Shown here: piece by piece, positions 27,925-38,953 of the stretch
How the letters are laid out: the number at the start of each line of letters is the position of its first letter
Numbering within the stretch: the first letter of the stretch is position 1
Source of the DNA: Coxiellales bacterium
GTDB lineage: Bacteria > Pseudomonadota > Gammaproteobacteria > CBDETP01
Assembly: GCA_965242995.1 (NCBI GenBank)
Contig: CBDETP010000009.1
Location: 645-64,644, forward strand
Direction: 5' to 3'
DNA: 64,000 bases
Position numbers and translations under genes: made by a program
The notes under the pieces: model-generated
What the model was told of the DNA's origin: nothing
The model's database searches: none
Seen by the model: only the letters and a program-made list of their open reading frames with translations

Positions 27925-30486
27925 TTATTTAGCTAAAACACTTAAATCATACAGTATAGCTAAAGCCTCTCTTGGGGTAATTTCATCAATTGCAATTGCA
28001 GCTAGCTTATCAATAATATTTTGATGATTATTTCTTGATGAATCAAATAAATCCTGCTGCCTGCATGAAGATGTCTTATTGTTGCTTTGAGGGCTTGACT
28101 CTAATTGTGCTAATTTATCCTGTGCATCCCGAATAACGGCAATAGGTATTCCAGCCAGCTTTGCAACTTGTAATCCGTAACTCCGATCAGCAGGGCCTGC
28201 TTGAATTGCATGCCGAAAAATTAAAGTGTCTTGATAATCACTTGCATCAAAGTGAACATTTTTAACAGAGGAGTAATGCTCAGATAATTCCGTGAGTTCA
28301 AAATAGTGCGTGGCAAATAAAGTAAGCGAAGACAGCTGTTTTGCTAAATACGTGGCAGCAGCCCAAGCTAATGACAAGCCATCGAATGTGCTAGTTCCAC
28401 GGCCCACTTCATCCATCAATACCAAGCTATTTTTAGTGGCATTATGAAGAATGTTGGCAGTCTCAGTCATCTCTACCATAAAGGTTGAATGGCCTTTAGA
28501 TAAATCATCACCAGCGCCAATGCGAGTGAAAATTCGATCGATCGGACCAATGTCTGCAGATTCTGCTGGAACAAAGCTGCCGATAAATGCTAACAAAACA
28601 ATAATCGCTGTTTGTCGCATGTAAGTTGATTTACCACCCATGTTTGGCCCTGTGATCATGAGCATGCGTTGCTGGTCATCCAATAAAACGTCATTGCCGA
28701 CAAAAGCTTCATCAATAACATGTTCAACAACAGGGTGCCGACCTTTGACAATTGAAATTGTCGGGTCATCAATGATAGTAGGGCAGTTCCAATTAAGCTC
28801 TTGTGCTTTTTTGGCAAGGTTGTTCAAGACATCAAGATTTGCTAATGCATCAGCACATGATTGCAAAGGCGCAATGGATTCATTTAATTGATCAACGAGT
28901 TGCTCGTACAACAGTTTTTCACGACTTAATGATTTACTTTGTGCGCTTAATACTTTTTCTTCAAAGGTTTTTAGTTCAGGAATAATAAATCGCTCAGCAT
29001 TTTTTAAGGTCTGACGTCGAATATATTCTACAGGAGCAGACTGACTTTGTGCTTTGCTTATTTCAATATAATATCCATGGACACGATTAAAACCAACTTT
29101 TAAAGTTGAAATGCCAGTACGCTCACGCTCCTGTGCTTCGAGCTTAACTAAAAAATCACTGCTATTTTTTGCTAACTGACGCAGTTCATCAAGCTCAGCA
29201 TCATACCCTGTTGCAATTACACCACCATCTCGTAAAACCATTGGTGGATTTTCAATAATCGCATTACTGAGTAATTCACTCATTGAGTCAAAGCCTGTTA
29301 ACGATTGACTGACTGATTTCACTGAAGAGCTAGAAAGAGAATTAATTAATGTAATCAATTCGGGTAATGCTTGTAAGGTTAAGCTTAAGCGACTCAAGTC
29401 GCGTGGCCGCGCTGATTTAAGCGCAATGCGTGAGACGATACGTTCGACATCACCGACTTGACTTAAAGACTCCGTCAATGCTGCAGATGCATGTTGAGTA
29501 ATGATTGCTTGAATAATTTGTTGTCTATTCAAAATGCTTTGTTTATTCCGAATCGGATGATGGATCCATCGACGTAATAAGCGAGAACCCATTGGCGTAT
29601 TAGTGTCATCTAAAATACCTGCAAGACTGTGCTTAGTGCTGCCATTGAGCTGCTCAGTAAGTTCTAAGTTTCGTCGCGTTGCCGCATCCATTTCAATATA
29701 TTCAGAATGACTTTCATAATGAATCGTTCGAATGTGCGGTAGTTGTGCCCGTTGGGTATATTGTAAATAACTCAATAGCGCACCGGCAGCTATAACGCCT
29801 TGTGGTACTTGCTGTATGTTAAACGCCGTTAAATCTTGTGTTTGCAATTGTCGGCATAACGCCTGATTTGCATCATCATAATTAAAATCCCAGCTAGGCC
29901 GTGGCGTAATTGAGCAATCTATATAAGCGGGTTTCCAGTTGTTTTCCTCATTAATAATAATCTCATTAGGATTCCAACGCGCTAGAATATCTTTTAATGC
30001 AGCCTCTGACTCGCATTGCTGAATAATAAAACGGCCACTACCAATATCTAATGCAGCCAAGCCAACACCCTGTTTAGCAAAGTGAACAGCTACCAGGCCA
30101 CTTTCTTGCTTTTGATCTAGCAAAGCTTCATCGGTAATTGTGCCAGGCGTGAGGATGCGAGCTACTTTTCGCTCTACCAGGCCTTTGCTCAATTTGGGGT
30201 CACCAACTTGTTCACAAATAGCCACCGCTTGGCCTGCTTTTAATAGTCTTGCCAAATACGATTCAGCTGCATGATAGGGTACGCCCGCCATAGCAATAGC
30301 TTGACCTGCAGTTTTACCACGTGCTGTTAATGTAATATCGAGTATGTCCGCTGCTATTTTTGCATCATCAAAAAAAAGCTCATAAAAATCACCCATGCGA
30401 TAAAATAAAAGTGTCTTGGGGTAATCGGCCTTAATTTTTAAATACTGACGCATCATTGGTGTATGTTGCTGATCTACTGTACTCAT
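27925..30486 (-). CDS. mutS: DNA mismatch repair protein MutS
   Basis: 853 aa. N-terminal ..TPMM.QY..IK...[14 protein letters not shown].., Walker [10 protein letters not shown], ..STF..EM.E... Confidence 0.95.
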   Translation of the reverse strand: MSTVDQQHTPMMRQYLKIKADYPKTLLFYRMGDFYELFFDDAKIAADILDITLTARGKTAGQAIAMAGVPYHAAESYLARLLKAGQAVAICEQVGDPKLSKGLVERKVARILTPGTITDEALLDQKQESGLVAVHFAKQGVGLAALDIGSGRFIIQQCESEAALKDILARWNPNEIIINEENNWKPAYIDCSITPRPSWDFNYDDANQALCRQLQTQDLTAFNIQQVPQGVIAAGALLSYLQYTQRAQLPHIRTIHYESHSEYIEMDAATRRNLELTEQLNGSTKHSLAGILDDTNTPMGSRLLRRWIHHPIRNKQSILNRQQIIQAIITQHASAALTESLSQVGDVERIVSRIALKSARPRDLSRLSLTLQALPELITLINSLSSSSVKSVSQSLTGFDSMSELLSNAIIENPPMVLRDGGVIATGYDAELDELRQLAKNSSDFLVKLEAQERERTGISTLKVGFNRVHGYYIEISKAQSQSAPVEYIRRQTLKNAERFIIPELKTFEEKVLSAQSKSLSREKLLYEQLVDQLNESIAPLQSCADALANLDVLNNLAKKAQELNWNCPTIIDDPTISIVKGRHPVVEHVIDEAFVGNDVLLDDQQRMLMITGPNMGGKSTYMRQTAIIVLLAFIGSFVPAESADIGPIDRIFTRIGAGDDLSKGHSTFMVEMTETANILHNATKNSLVLMDEVGRGTSTFDGLSLAWAAATYLAKQLSSLTLFATHYFELTELSEHYSSVKNVHFDASDYQDTLIFRHAIQAGPADRSYGLQVAKLAGIPIAVIRDAQDKLAQLESSPQSNNKTSSCRQQDLFDSSRNNHQNIIDKLAAIAIDEITPREALAILYDLSVLAK

Positions 30487-30637
30487 AAAGCCATCCTATT
30501 TAATAAAAAAATCAGTTGTGAGCGATTATAGCAGGCTATGCTTATCTGCCAAGCCCTAGGTTGGTGCTATTTTCTTATTGTTTATAATGAATAAAAACGG
30601 ATAAAATAAAATAAGCAGCTAAATATGGGAAAAGCTT

Positions 30638-31114
30638 ATGCAAATCACAAAATTAATTGGAGATAGCCTAATAGAGCAGGGCGCTTGCTTATCTGTTGCA
30701 GAGTCTTGTACCGGCGGCTTATTATCCGCTGAATTGACTTCCATACCAGGTGCCTCTGCCTGGTTTGATCGTGGTTTTATTGCTTATAGCAATAAGGCTA
30801 AGGTTGAGTGCCTGGGGGTTTCTCTTAATTACTTGGAAGATTATGGGGCTGTCAGTGAACAAGTAGTTAAAGCAATGGCTCTTGGTGCTATACAAAAAAG
30901 TGACGCCACAGTCGCGTTAGCAACAACAGGTATTGCTGGGCCTTCTGGTGGCACAAAAGATAAGCCTGTCGGCTTAGTTTGGTTTGCACTAGCTTATAAG
31001 AATGAGGTCTACACAAAGAAGGCTATATTTACTGGTAATAGGCAAGCTATCCAGAAAAATGCAGTAGCATTGGCCATATCATGGCTTAAAGAATGTATCA
31101 ATCAAGCCTCTTGA
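30638..31114 (+). CDS. pncC: CinA C-terminal-domain protein / nicotinamide-nucleotide amidohydrolase PncC
   Basis: ..AESCTGGL......PG.S..F..G...YSN..K...LGV.......GAVSE.V...MA.G..., the typical CinA_C pattern. Confidence 0.85.
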   Translation: MQITKLIGDSLIEQGACLSVAESCTGGLLSAELTSIPGASAWFDRGFIAYSNKAKVECLGVSLNYLEDYGAVSEQVVKAMALGAIQKSDATVALATTGIAGPSGGTKDKPVGLVWFALAYKNEVYTKKAIFTGNRQAIQKNAVALAISWLKECINQAS

Positions 31115-32415
31115 GCGTCAGTCAATGTGTCGTTTACAGGAGCCTTAGCGGTTATTCTAGGTAATATAAAAGACAAAACAATGCTAATACCAAAGCCAAT
31201 CAATAATAAATTAAGCGCAAAAGTATAATCAGACGGCTGAAGATTGATGCCTGTACCACCTTGATGTTTTGCATGCGTCATCAACAACCAACCAAAGACG
31301 GGTTGAAATATAGCGGGTAATAACTCCATACACGTTGAAACAATGCTAGCCGACGTGCCTTTGAGTAATGAAGAAGCCTGAGCTGCCGCATAGGGGTATG
31401 AAAGCACTTGTGAACTCGTTAATACGCCAAAAGAGAAAAATAAAATCATCAACAAACTATAGGTCAGAGGGAGATAAATAATAGCAAGTAAAGCCAATAA
31501 AGAAGCGATAGAGAAAATGATCATCAATTTTTTTTGCGAAAAAAAGCGGTCTGAGAGATAGCCAATCAAAGGGCAACCAATCATTGAGCCAAAGTAGATC
31601 ATACCGCAAATATGCGCGCTGATATTAATAGAAAAGCCATATTTACTCATCAAATATCGAGTTCCCCAAAGCGCACCAATAATAAATACAGCTAAATTTA
31701 AGAAACTACCATAAAGGGCTGCACCCCAGATTTTCATATTAGATAAGATTTCTGTGATGGGTTTGCGAAGACCTTGAGATTTAACCGCCTGCTGTTCTTT
31801 CTGCATAACTGCCATATCAGGCGCATCTTTAATGATAAAAATCATTAACAACATAATAACAACACCTAAGGCGCCATTAAAGAGCATTGCTTCGCGCCAG
31901 CCAACCGCTTGCATGAGCATTGTTGCTGGGCCTTGAGCAATCATTCCACCAGCCATTGCGATAGTAACGATAATTCCTGTGATAAAAGCAAGACGCTCAA
32001 CCGGGAACCAGCGTGTCGCTAATCGAAAAGCACTAATAAAACAAAATGCACCACCAATACCTATGATAAAGCGGAGTGCTCCAAGCTGCCAAGCCGTTTG
32101 CGCCCAATAAAAGCCAAAGGTACCAATTGTACACAATGCTGTGGCAAATAAAATACAGCTCTTATTTGAATAGCGATCAAGCAAATTACCTGCGACGAAT
32201 ACTAGCGAGGCGTTAGCAATGAAATACATAGCAGAAATAGAGCTAATAGCAGCTGGAGACAAATGCAGCGAGCTGCTAATAAAAGGGTTCAGTGAGTTCA
32301 TTAAGTTGAGTTGAATAAACTCATAGAAGAATAGTAAACCGCCAGTAACACAAACTAACCAGGCAAGATATGAGGAGTGGGAAGGTTTTTGCGAACGCTT
32401 TGTGCTAGCTTGCAT
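31102..32415 (-). CDS. MFS transporter, substrate unknown
   Basis: 437 aa with about 12 predicted TM helices. Substrate is not inferable from sequence alone. Confidence 0.7.
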   Translation of the reverse strand: MQASTKRSQKPSHSSYLAWLVCVTGGLLFFYEFIQLNLMNSLNPFISSSLHLSPAAISSISAMYFIANASLVFVAGNLLDRYSNKSCILFATALCTIGTFGFYWAQTAWQLGALRFIIGIGGAFCFISAFRLATRWFPVERLAFITGIIVTIAMAGGMIAQGPATMLMQAVGWREAMLFNGALGVVIMLLMIFIIKDAPDMAVMQKEQQAVKSQGLRKPITEILSNMKIWGAALYGSFLNLAVFIIGALWGTRYLMSKYGFSINISAHICGMIYFGSMIGCPLIGYLSDRFFSQKKLMIIFSIASLLALLAIIYLPLTYSLLMILFFSFGVLTSSQVLSYPYAAAQASSLLKGTSASIVSTCMELLPAIFQPVFGWLLMTHAKHQGGTGINLQPSDYTFALNLLLIGFGISIVLSFILPRITAKAPVNDTLTDAQEA

Positions 32416-32551
32416 AAATAATAATCCGGGGTTATTAAAAAAGCATTTTAGTTGATAATTCGAGGTCTTACAAGGAAAATCTAAGGTTAAATTTTACCGG
32501 AAAATGACAAGTTTTTTTAGCTTGAAAATCATTATGTTAGCTGCAGCCAAG

Positions 32552-33559
32552 CTACTTAATTAATTCATGAGCATACAATGCAGCACCCTGTATGCCAACT
32601 TCTGTGTTTTCAATAACATGCAAAGGAATGTCTTCAAGCAACTTTGACATGCGACCCTTATCATAGAAATTATCCATAAAACTAGGGCTCTGTATTTGTT
32701 CAATTAAACAAGGAGCAATACCGCCGCCAATATAAAGGCCACCATATGGCAAGGTCGTTAATGCTAAATTGCCAACACTTGACCCGTAAACCTTAATGAA
32801 TATGTCAATGGCTCGCTTTGCCATAGGATCATGATGGGTTAAAGCAAATTCAGTAATTGAAGCCCCCGAAAAATTGGTCTTAAATAAGGCCTTTCTTAAG
32901 GCTGCACTTTCTTTTTCATGATACAGGGGGTTGTCTCTAACAAATTTATATATATTGACCAAACCAGGCCCAGATAAAAGGCGTTCTAATGAAATTCGGT
33001 GTAATTTTTTTCGCAAATAAACCAGAAGATCCATTTGAATATCATCCGTAGGAGCAAAATCCACATGTCCGCCTTCTGTTGGAATAATAGTGATTTCACC
33101 CTCTTGTCTTAAAATAATGGCAATACCCAAGCCTGTGCCTGCTCCAATAAGTGCTTTGGCTGAGCCATTATTAGGTTTGCCTGCTTGTAAGCAACAGCAA
33201 TCCTCATCTTTTAAAGTGAAAACACCGTATCCCATTGCCTCAAAATCATTAATCAGTGCAATATTAGCAATATCCATGCTTTTGCTTAAGTCGTTTAAAC
33301 TAATTTCCCAAGGGATGTTAGTTAATTTAGCAACACCATTAACAATCGGCCCGGCAACAGCAATGCAGGCACTTTCTATTTCTTTTACCTGGCATGATGA
33401 CTTTTCAATAAAGAGCTGAATAATATCAATTAATGATGGATGTTCATTATTATAAAAAGTCTCACGTGCAAGCACATCATTCTTTTCAGGTGACGTATAA
33501 TTAACCAGCATCAACCTTGTGTGCGTGCCACCAATATCTCCCGCAAGAACCATCGCCAT
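32552..33559 (-). CDS. glk: Glucokinase
   Basis: N-terminal LAGDIGGT.TR.., ..GAGTGLG.., ..EGGH.DF.P... It starts 3 nt downstream of the sugar porter gene on the same strand. Confidence 0.85.
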   Translation of the reverse strand: MAMVLAGDIGGTHTRLMLVNYTSPEKNDVLARETFYNNEHPSLIDIIQLFIEKSSCQVKEIESACIAVAGPIVNGVAKLTNIPWEISLNDLSKSMDIANIALINDFEAMGYGVFTLKDEDCCCLQAGKPNNGSAKALIGAGTGLGIAIILRQEGEITIIPTEGGHVDFAPTDDIQMDLLVYLRKKLHRISLERLLSGPGLVNIYKFVRDNPLYHEKESAALRKALFKTNFSGASITEFALTHHDPMAKRAIDIFIKVYGSSVGNLALTTLPYGGLYIGGGIAPCLIEQIQSPSFMDNFYDKGRMSKLLEDIPLHVIENTEVGIQGAALYAHELIK

Positions 33560-33562
33560 AAA

Positions 33563-34942
33563 TCACTGTCCTATTTTATTTAGTTTTTTGCCAGAAAGTA
33601 GGTTTTTTTCGATCTCTTCAAGCGAAACACCTTTAGTTTCAGGTGTGACAAACCGGACAAAAAATAGGCCTATAATACACATAACAGCAAATCCCCAGAA
33701 TATGTTGTAGGTGCCATAAACATGAACCAGTGATGGAAAAGCCTTGGTCAACATGTAGTTGAAGGTCCAGTTCCCCGCTGTAGTGATAATAATCCCAACC
33801 TCGCGATAAGCCAGGGGGAAAATTTCAGCACAAATAATCCAAACAATTGGCCCTAGACTTACGGCAAAACCAAAGATGTAAACCAAAACGGAAATAAGTG
33901 CTAACATGTTTGAAAAACTAGAGTGTGATGAAGACTGCATTGAAAAGCCTATGCAAACACAAGCGATCGTCATAATGGCTAAACCTGCGTATAAAATAGG
34001 CTTTCGGCCCCAGCGATCAACATATTTAATAGCAATTAATGTTGTCAATACATTTACAACGCCTACTGCAATAGTACATAGCAATTGCTCGTTAAGTGTT
34101 GCGAACCCAGCCGCTTTAAACACTGAAGGGGCATAGTACATAATTACGTTAATACCAGTCCACTGCTGTATGGCTTGAAGACCCAAACCAAGCAAAACGA
34201 CTAGGAAAAATAGTTTAAAGTTCACTTTGTGTTTTTTTTGTGACAATGTTTTTTTGATTGTGATTAATTCGCTTTCTGCTTCAGAAGCAGAATTTAAGAT
34301 CTTAGAAAGAACATCTTGAGCCTCGGCCTGGCGATCTTTTAACATTAGCCAGCGCGGGCTTTTAGGTAATTTGTGTAAAAAAAGCAACATTAAAAAAGCG
34401 GGGATAGCTACAATACCTAACATCATGCGCCAAGAAGAAAAGTAGTGAGCAATAAAAGTATCACTAACGAAGGACAACAATAGGCCAATAGTTATCATGA
34501 GCTGGTAGGTTGCAATCATACCTCCACGCTTTTCTTTGGTCGCAATTTCCGCAATATATAGTGGCGTGATATAGGATGCGACCCCCAGTGCTATCCCTAA
34601 GAAAAAACGAACAAAAATCAAAGAATCAATGGACTGAGCAAAAGCAGAGAAAATAGAGCAAACTGTAAATAGTATGGCACTAATAATAATAGAAAAGCGT
34701 CGGCCATATAAACGAGAAACAGGGCCACTCAAAATGGTTCCAAACACAGCGCCTGCTAATTGAATACTAACAATCCAACCAATGGTATTAGGATTTGAAA
34801 TTGCCCAATCACTTTTTATTAAAGGAACAGCACCGGCAATAACACCAGTATCCATGCCAAATAGTAGCCCAGCTAAAGCTGCAATCATGCCTGTAACAAA
34901 TAAAAATGTATTTTTTTTAATTTTTTTTGCTGTTGTTGTCAT
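33563..34942 (-). CDS. MFS sugar porter family hexose:H+ symporter
   Basis: Sugar-porter signatures GRRFS, LPKSPRWL, PETKGVSLEEIE; 12 TM helices. Confidence 0.85.
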   Translation of the reverse strand: MTTTAKKIKKNTFLFVTGMIAALAGLLFGMDTGVIAGAVPLIKSDWAISNPNTIGWIVSIQLAGAVFGTILSGPVSRLYGRRFSIIISAILFTVCSIFSAFAQSIDSLIFVRFFLGIALGVASYITPLYIAEIATKEKRGGMIATYQLMITIGLLLSFVSDTFIAHYFSSWRMMLGIVAIPAFLMLLFLHKLPKSPRWLMLKDRQAEAQDVLSKILNSASEAESELITIKKTLSQKKHKVNFKLFFLVVLLGLGLQAIQQWTGINVIMYYAPSVFKAAGFATLNEQLLCTIAVGVVNVLTTLIAIKYVDRWGRKPILYAGLAIMTIACVCIGFSMQSSSHSSFSNMLALISVLVYIFGFAVSLGPIVWIICAEIFPLAYREVGIIITTAGNWTFNYMLTKAFPSLVHVYGTYNIFWGFAVMCIIGLFFVRFVTPETKGVSLEEIEKNLLSGKKLNKIGQ

Positions 34943-35217
34943 TATGTTTTCCTTTTACAGTTATTTTTTACTAAAGCATAAGAAATAAACATCCAGCAAA
35001 ACCAGTTGTTAAGCTCCTGCTTTAAATTCTTAGGCTAGCAATCAATCCATAGGATAATGGATATTACGACACCCACCATACAACTAAAGTCAAAAAACAG
35101 CAACTTAAATTATAGCCTTGATTTTGTCTAATGGCCGTGGTTTTTTAAAGGTTTAAGTGTTTGTTATTTTAAGATACAATTTTCGCTTTTCTAAGATTAT
35201 TTAAAAGGGGTCATCCT

Positions 35218-36012
35218 TTGGATATAACTCAAATTGTTTTCGAGTGTGTTTTAGTTGCTTTTGCTGCTGGCATGATTTTTGGCCTTTTTGGGGGAGGATC
35301 AGGCTTAATTATGATGCCTGGTTATTATTATCTAATGAGGCACTTTAGCCTAGTCAGCTCACATCAAATGCAGGTAGCCGTAGGAACAACAGCATTTACT
35401 AGTGGGATTTTGGGTGCTGTTGCCGCTTATCAGCAATACAAAAGCGGGCATCTTAATATTGATATTATTAAAAAAATGATACCTGGGCTATTTATAGGCA
35501 CAATCCTTGCTGTGCTTTTATTAAACATAATCCCTAGTGCTGCCCTAAAACAAATGTTTGGCGTAGTCGTTATTCTGGTATCTATTTGGCTTTTTTTATA
35601 TAAAATGGAAAAGGATAAAAACCATTGGTCATTAAATGGTTTTTGGAACTATTTTAGGACCTCTTGCATTGCCTTATTGTGGTTTTTACTTGGCGTTGCT
35701 GTTTTCAATGTCCCTTACTTATATAAGTGTAAGATCTCGCTACGAAAAGCGGTTGGCTGCGCTACCTTTCTAGGTTCTTTGTTTTCCTTATTAGCTGGGC
35801 TGATGTTAATGCTAAGCGGCTCAATCGTGATGGGGGTTTCACCAACCCACATAGGCTATGTGAATGTTTTATTATGCTTGGTGAGCATAATCCCAAGCTC
35901 TCTTGCGGGATTTCTGGGTGCAAAAATTAGCGTCAAACTACCTCAAGACCTTATGAAAAAAGTGTATGCAAGTCTAATACTGGTTGTAGGGAGCTTAATG
36001 CTTTTTGGCTAG
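35218..36012 (+). CDS. TSUP (TauE/SafE) family anion exporter-like membrane protein
   Basis: 264 aa, polytopic, with the internally duplicated G-rich helices (GLFGGGSG..) typical of TSUP proteins. TTG start as in the ORF track. Confidence 0.65.
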   Translation: MDITQIVFECVLVAFAAGMIFGLFGGGSGLIMMPGYYYLMRHFSLVSSHQMQVAVGTTAFTSGILGAVAAYQQYKSGHLNIDIIKKMIPGLFIGTILAVLLLNIIPSAALKQMFGVVVILVSIWLFLYKMEKDKNHWSLNGFWNYFRTSCIALLWFLLGVAVFNVPYLYKCKISLRKAVGCATFLGSLFSLLAGLMLMLSGSIVMGVSPTHIGYVNVLLCLVSIIPSSLAGFLGAKISVKLPQDLMKKVYASLILVVGSLMLFG

Positions 36013-36109
36013 TAGAGGAGTTAAGCACCTCGCGTCCTTATACTTTACAAAAAACAGAAAAGAATCTTAAGTGATATTCCACTGTAAAATTCTCTTCTTG
36101 AATCCGTCG

Positions 36110-38953
36110 TTATTCTTTTCCTTTATCTGTGTTTGATTTTTCTTGCTGCTCTTTACTTTCCTCAACTTTAGAATGGCTATGCCTGGTCTGTTGATCTGTT
36201 GGCTTAGGCACATTTCCAGTTGGACGATTCTGCCTTGGGGGCTGATTTACTGGCTTAGGCGCATTAGCCGAAGAAGGGGGATTTCCTTGTTGTTGTGGCT
36301 TAGGCACATTTCCAGTTGGACGATTCTGCCTTGGAGGCTGATTTACTGGCTTAGGCGCATTAGCCGAAGAAGGGGGATTTCCTTGTTGTTGTGGCTTAGG
36401 CACATTTCCAGTTGGACGATCCTGCCTTGGAGGCTGGTTTACTGGCTTAGGCGCATTAGCCGAAGAAGGGGGATTTCCCTGTTGTTGTGGCTTAGGCACA
36501 TTTCCAGTTGGACGATTCTGCCTTGGAGGCTGATTTACTGGCTTAGGCGCATTAGCCGAAGAAGGGGGATTTCCTTGTTGTTGTGGCTTAGGCACATTTC
36601 CAGTTGGACGATCCTGCCTTGAAGGCTGATTTACTGGCTTAGGCGCATTAGCCGAAGAAGGGGGATTTCCTTGTTGTTGTGGCTTAGGCACATTTCCAGT
36701 TGGACGATTCTGCCTTGGAGGCTGATTTACTGGCTTAGGCGCATTAGCCGAAGAAGGGGGATTTCCCTGTTGCTGTGGCTTAGGCACATTTCCAGTTGGA
36801 CGATTCTGCCTTGGGGGCTGATTTACTGGCTTAGGCGCATTTGCCGAAGAAGGGGGATTTCCCTGTTGCTGTGGCTTAGGCACATTTCCAGTTGGACGAT
36901 TCTGCCTTGGGGGCTGATTTACTGGCTTAGGCGCATTAGCCGAAGAAGGGGGATTTCCTTGTTGTTGTGGCTTAGGCACATTTCCAGTTGGACGGTTTTG
37001 TCTGGGGGAGGGCTGTCTGTTGTCCTTTTGCTGTTGAGAAGGCGCTGCACCTGATGGCTGCGATTGATTTACTCGGGCCGGTTGTGATTTATTTGTCTTT
37101 GCTCCACCTTGTCGTGGGTTTTTCCCGCCAGGGCCATTGGGTGTGCTTTTGTTTTGATTAGCACCTGAGCGGCGGTTATTATATTGATTTCTTCTTCTAG
37201 TATTCGATTGACTTCTTTTTACTGGCTGGTTTTTTTGTTCTTTTTTTTCTGAAGTTTCTTCTTCGCTAGTAGCTAAGCCAAAAACCTTATCCCAAATTTG
37301 CTTTATTAATCCAGTTCCACCTCTTGGTGCTTTATTAATATCTTTAGGTAAAAAATCTTTAATTAATGGTTCCTCTACGGCTTTGTGTATTCGCTGTGGG
37401 ATTTCATGATCTTGTGGTTTCGCTTGCCTAATAAGCCTATAACTCGTAATTTTTTTCTCAAGGTCTGTGCCCAGATGCTCATCTTTGATTCTTTTTAAAT
37501 GATAATTAGGTGTTTCTAAGTGTTTGTTTGGAATGACAGCAATACGTGCAGAATAAGTTAGTTCAAGCTCTTCTAGCACATGACGCTTTTCATTGGTTAA
37601 ATATGTTGCCACATCAATCGGCGCTTGAAGTTGAAAGTGGATGTGCTTATCAACACAAGCCTGCTCCTGAATAATTCGAATAATGGATAAAGCAAGAGAC
37701 TCTACATTTCTAATATGCCCTTGCCCCTGACAACGGGGGCAAGCAATTTGGTTCGCCATATTTAATGGCGAGCGCAATCTTTGACGAGACATTTCAAGTA
37801 AACCAAATCGAGAAATACGACCCAGTTGAATTCTTGCGCGGTCATCACTAAGCGCTTGCCGTAGGCTCTCTTCTACTTTTTTCTGATGCTGTGAATCAAG
37901 CATATCAATAAAGTCAATAACCACAAGCCCACCAAGATCACGCAGGCGAAGCTGGCGAGCAATTTCTACAGCAGCCTCCACATTAATGGTTAATGCTGTT
38001 TCCTCAATACCTTTACCTCTTGTGGCTTTAGCAGAGTTAATGTCTATAGCAACAAGGGCCTCCGTTCGATCAATAACAATTGAACCCCCGGAAGGCAGCC
38101 GTACTTCTCGATGAAAAGCAGTTTCAATTTGCTGCTCAATGCGGTAAAAATTAAATAATGGCAAGGAACCTGAATAAAGGTGGAGACGGGGAAGAAAGCT
38201 TGGCTTTACTTGGTTAATGTATTGGTAGGCACGGTCATATAGTTTTTGATCATCAATTAACAGTTCATTAACATCTTCTCTAAGATAATCTCTTACAGTT
38301 CTTACAATTGCATCACTTTCCTGATGTATTAGATAAGGTCCAGCTTTGGCTACAGCCGCTTTTTTAACTGCCTGCCAATAGCCAAGTAGAACACTGAGGT
38401 CCCATTCAAGTTCTTTTTTGTTTTTGCCAATAGCTGCTGTACGAGCAATTACACCAATTCCTTCTGGGCGCTCCAGCTCTCCAAGTATTATTTTAAGTTG
38501 TTCGCGATCACTGCCATCGACTCGACGAGAAATACCGCCGGCTTTTGGACTGTTTGGCATTAAAACCAAATAAGAGCCAGCAAGACTTATATAGGTTGTT
38601 AGAGCGGCACCCTTATTACCTCGCTCTTCTTTTTCAACTTGCACAACAACTTCTTGCCCTAACTTCACTAGCTCTTGAATTTTAGGCTTTTGACCATCAT
38701 CCTTTGTTGGCTGTAGATAATATTCTGGTGAAACTTCTTTAAACGGAAGAAAGCCATGCCGTTCGCTGCCATAATTAACAAAAACGGCCTCTAAGCTTGG
38801 CTCAATGCTGGATATCACGCCTTTGTATATGTTTGCCTTTTTTTGTTCTAGGCCTGGCCGCTCAATATTGAGGTCTTTAAGTTTTCCGTTTTCAACGACT
38901 GCAATATGCAGTTCGCCATCTTCTGAGTTAATAAGTATTCTTGTAGTTGACAT
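36110..38953 (-). CDS. rne: Ribonuclease E with a repeat-expanded C-terminal region
   Basis: N-terminal S1 and catalytic domains (..RILIN...E....A.VE.G.L.DL.IE.., ..VAIDINS.., Zn-link CPRCQGQG). The C-terminal half is P/Q/N-rich with a 32-aa unit repeated 8 times. I prefer ATG 38953 (MSTTRILIN). Confidence 0.9.
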   Translation of the reverse strand: MSTTRILINSEDGELHIAVVENGKLKDLNIERPGLEQKKANIYKGVISSIEPSLEAVFVNYGSERHGFLPFKEVSPEYYLQPTKDDGQKPKIQELVKLGQEVVVQVEKEERGNKGAALTTYISLAGSYLVLMPNSPKAGGISRRVDGSDREQLKIILGELERPEGIGVIARTAAIGKNKKELEWDLSVLLGYWQAVKKAAVAKAGPYLIHQESDAIVRTVRDYLREDVNELLIDDQKLYDRAYQYINQVKPSFLPRLHLYSGSLPLFNFYRIEQQIETAFHREVRLPSGGSIVIDRTEALVAIDINSAKATRGKGIEETALTINVEAAVEIARQLRLRDLGGLVVIDFIDMLDSQHQKKVEESLRQALSDDRARIQLGRISRFGLLEMSRQRLRSPLNMANQIACPRCQGQGHIRNVESLALSIIRIIQEQACVDKHIHFQLQAPIDVATYLTNEKRHVLEELELTYSARIAVIPNKHLETPNYHLKRIKDEHLGTDLEKKITSYRLIRQAKPQDHEIPQRIHKAVEEPLIKDFLPKDINKAPRGGTGLIKQIWDKVFGLATSEEETSEKKEQKNQPVKRSQSNTRRRNQYNNRRSGANQNKSTPNGPGGKNPRQGGAKTNKSQPARVNQSQPSGAAPSQQQKDNRQPSPRQNRPTGNVPKPQQQGNPPSSANAPKPVNQPPRQNRPTGNVPKPQQQGNPPSSANAPKPVNQPPRQNRPTGNVPKPQQQGNPPSSANAPKPVNQPPRQNRPTGNVPKPQQQGNPPSSANAPKPVNQPSRQDRPTGNVPKPQQQGNPPSSANAPKPVNQPPRQNRPTGNVPKPQQQGNPPSSANAPKPVNQPPRQDRPTGNVPKPQQQGNPPSSANAPKPVNQPPRQNRPTGNVPKPQQQGNPPSSANAPKPVNQPPRQNRPTGNVPKPTDQQTRHSHSKVEESKEQQEKSNTDKGKE
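36201..36995 (-). repeat. About 8.3 tandem copies of a 96-bp unit, in frame within rne
   Basis: Unit ggcttaggcacatttccagttggacgattctgccttgg(g/a)ggctgatttactggcttaggcgcattagccgaagaagggggatttcc(t/c)tgttg(t/c)tgt begins at 36201, 36297, 36393, 36489, 36585, 36681, 36777, 36873 and 36969 (last copy partial). Only a few substitutions separate the units. Confidence 0.95.

Noticed and set aside
27734-28024. 96-aa plus-strand ORF bridging the ankyrin gene 3' end and the mutS 3' end
   Set aside because: It overlaps two well-supported genes in alternative or antisense frames and crosses the terminator region. It has no independent support.
36201-36995. A regularly spaced repeat array that could be mistaken for a CRISPR array
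   Set aside because: The units are contiguous with no unique spacers, the 96-bp period is in frame, and the array lies inside a conserved protein-coding gene. No cas genes are in the window.
36143-37054. Two long plus-strand ORFs (159 aa and 127 aa) rich in W/R/L/I, with their own perfect periodicity
   Set aside because: They are the antisense reading of the rne 96-bp repeats. The repeat keeps any frame open, and rne on the minus strand has full RNase E homology upstream of the repeats. These are shadow ORFs.
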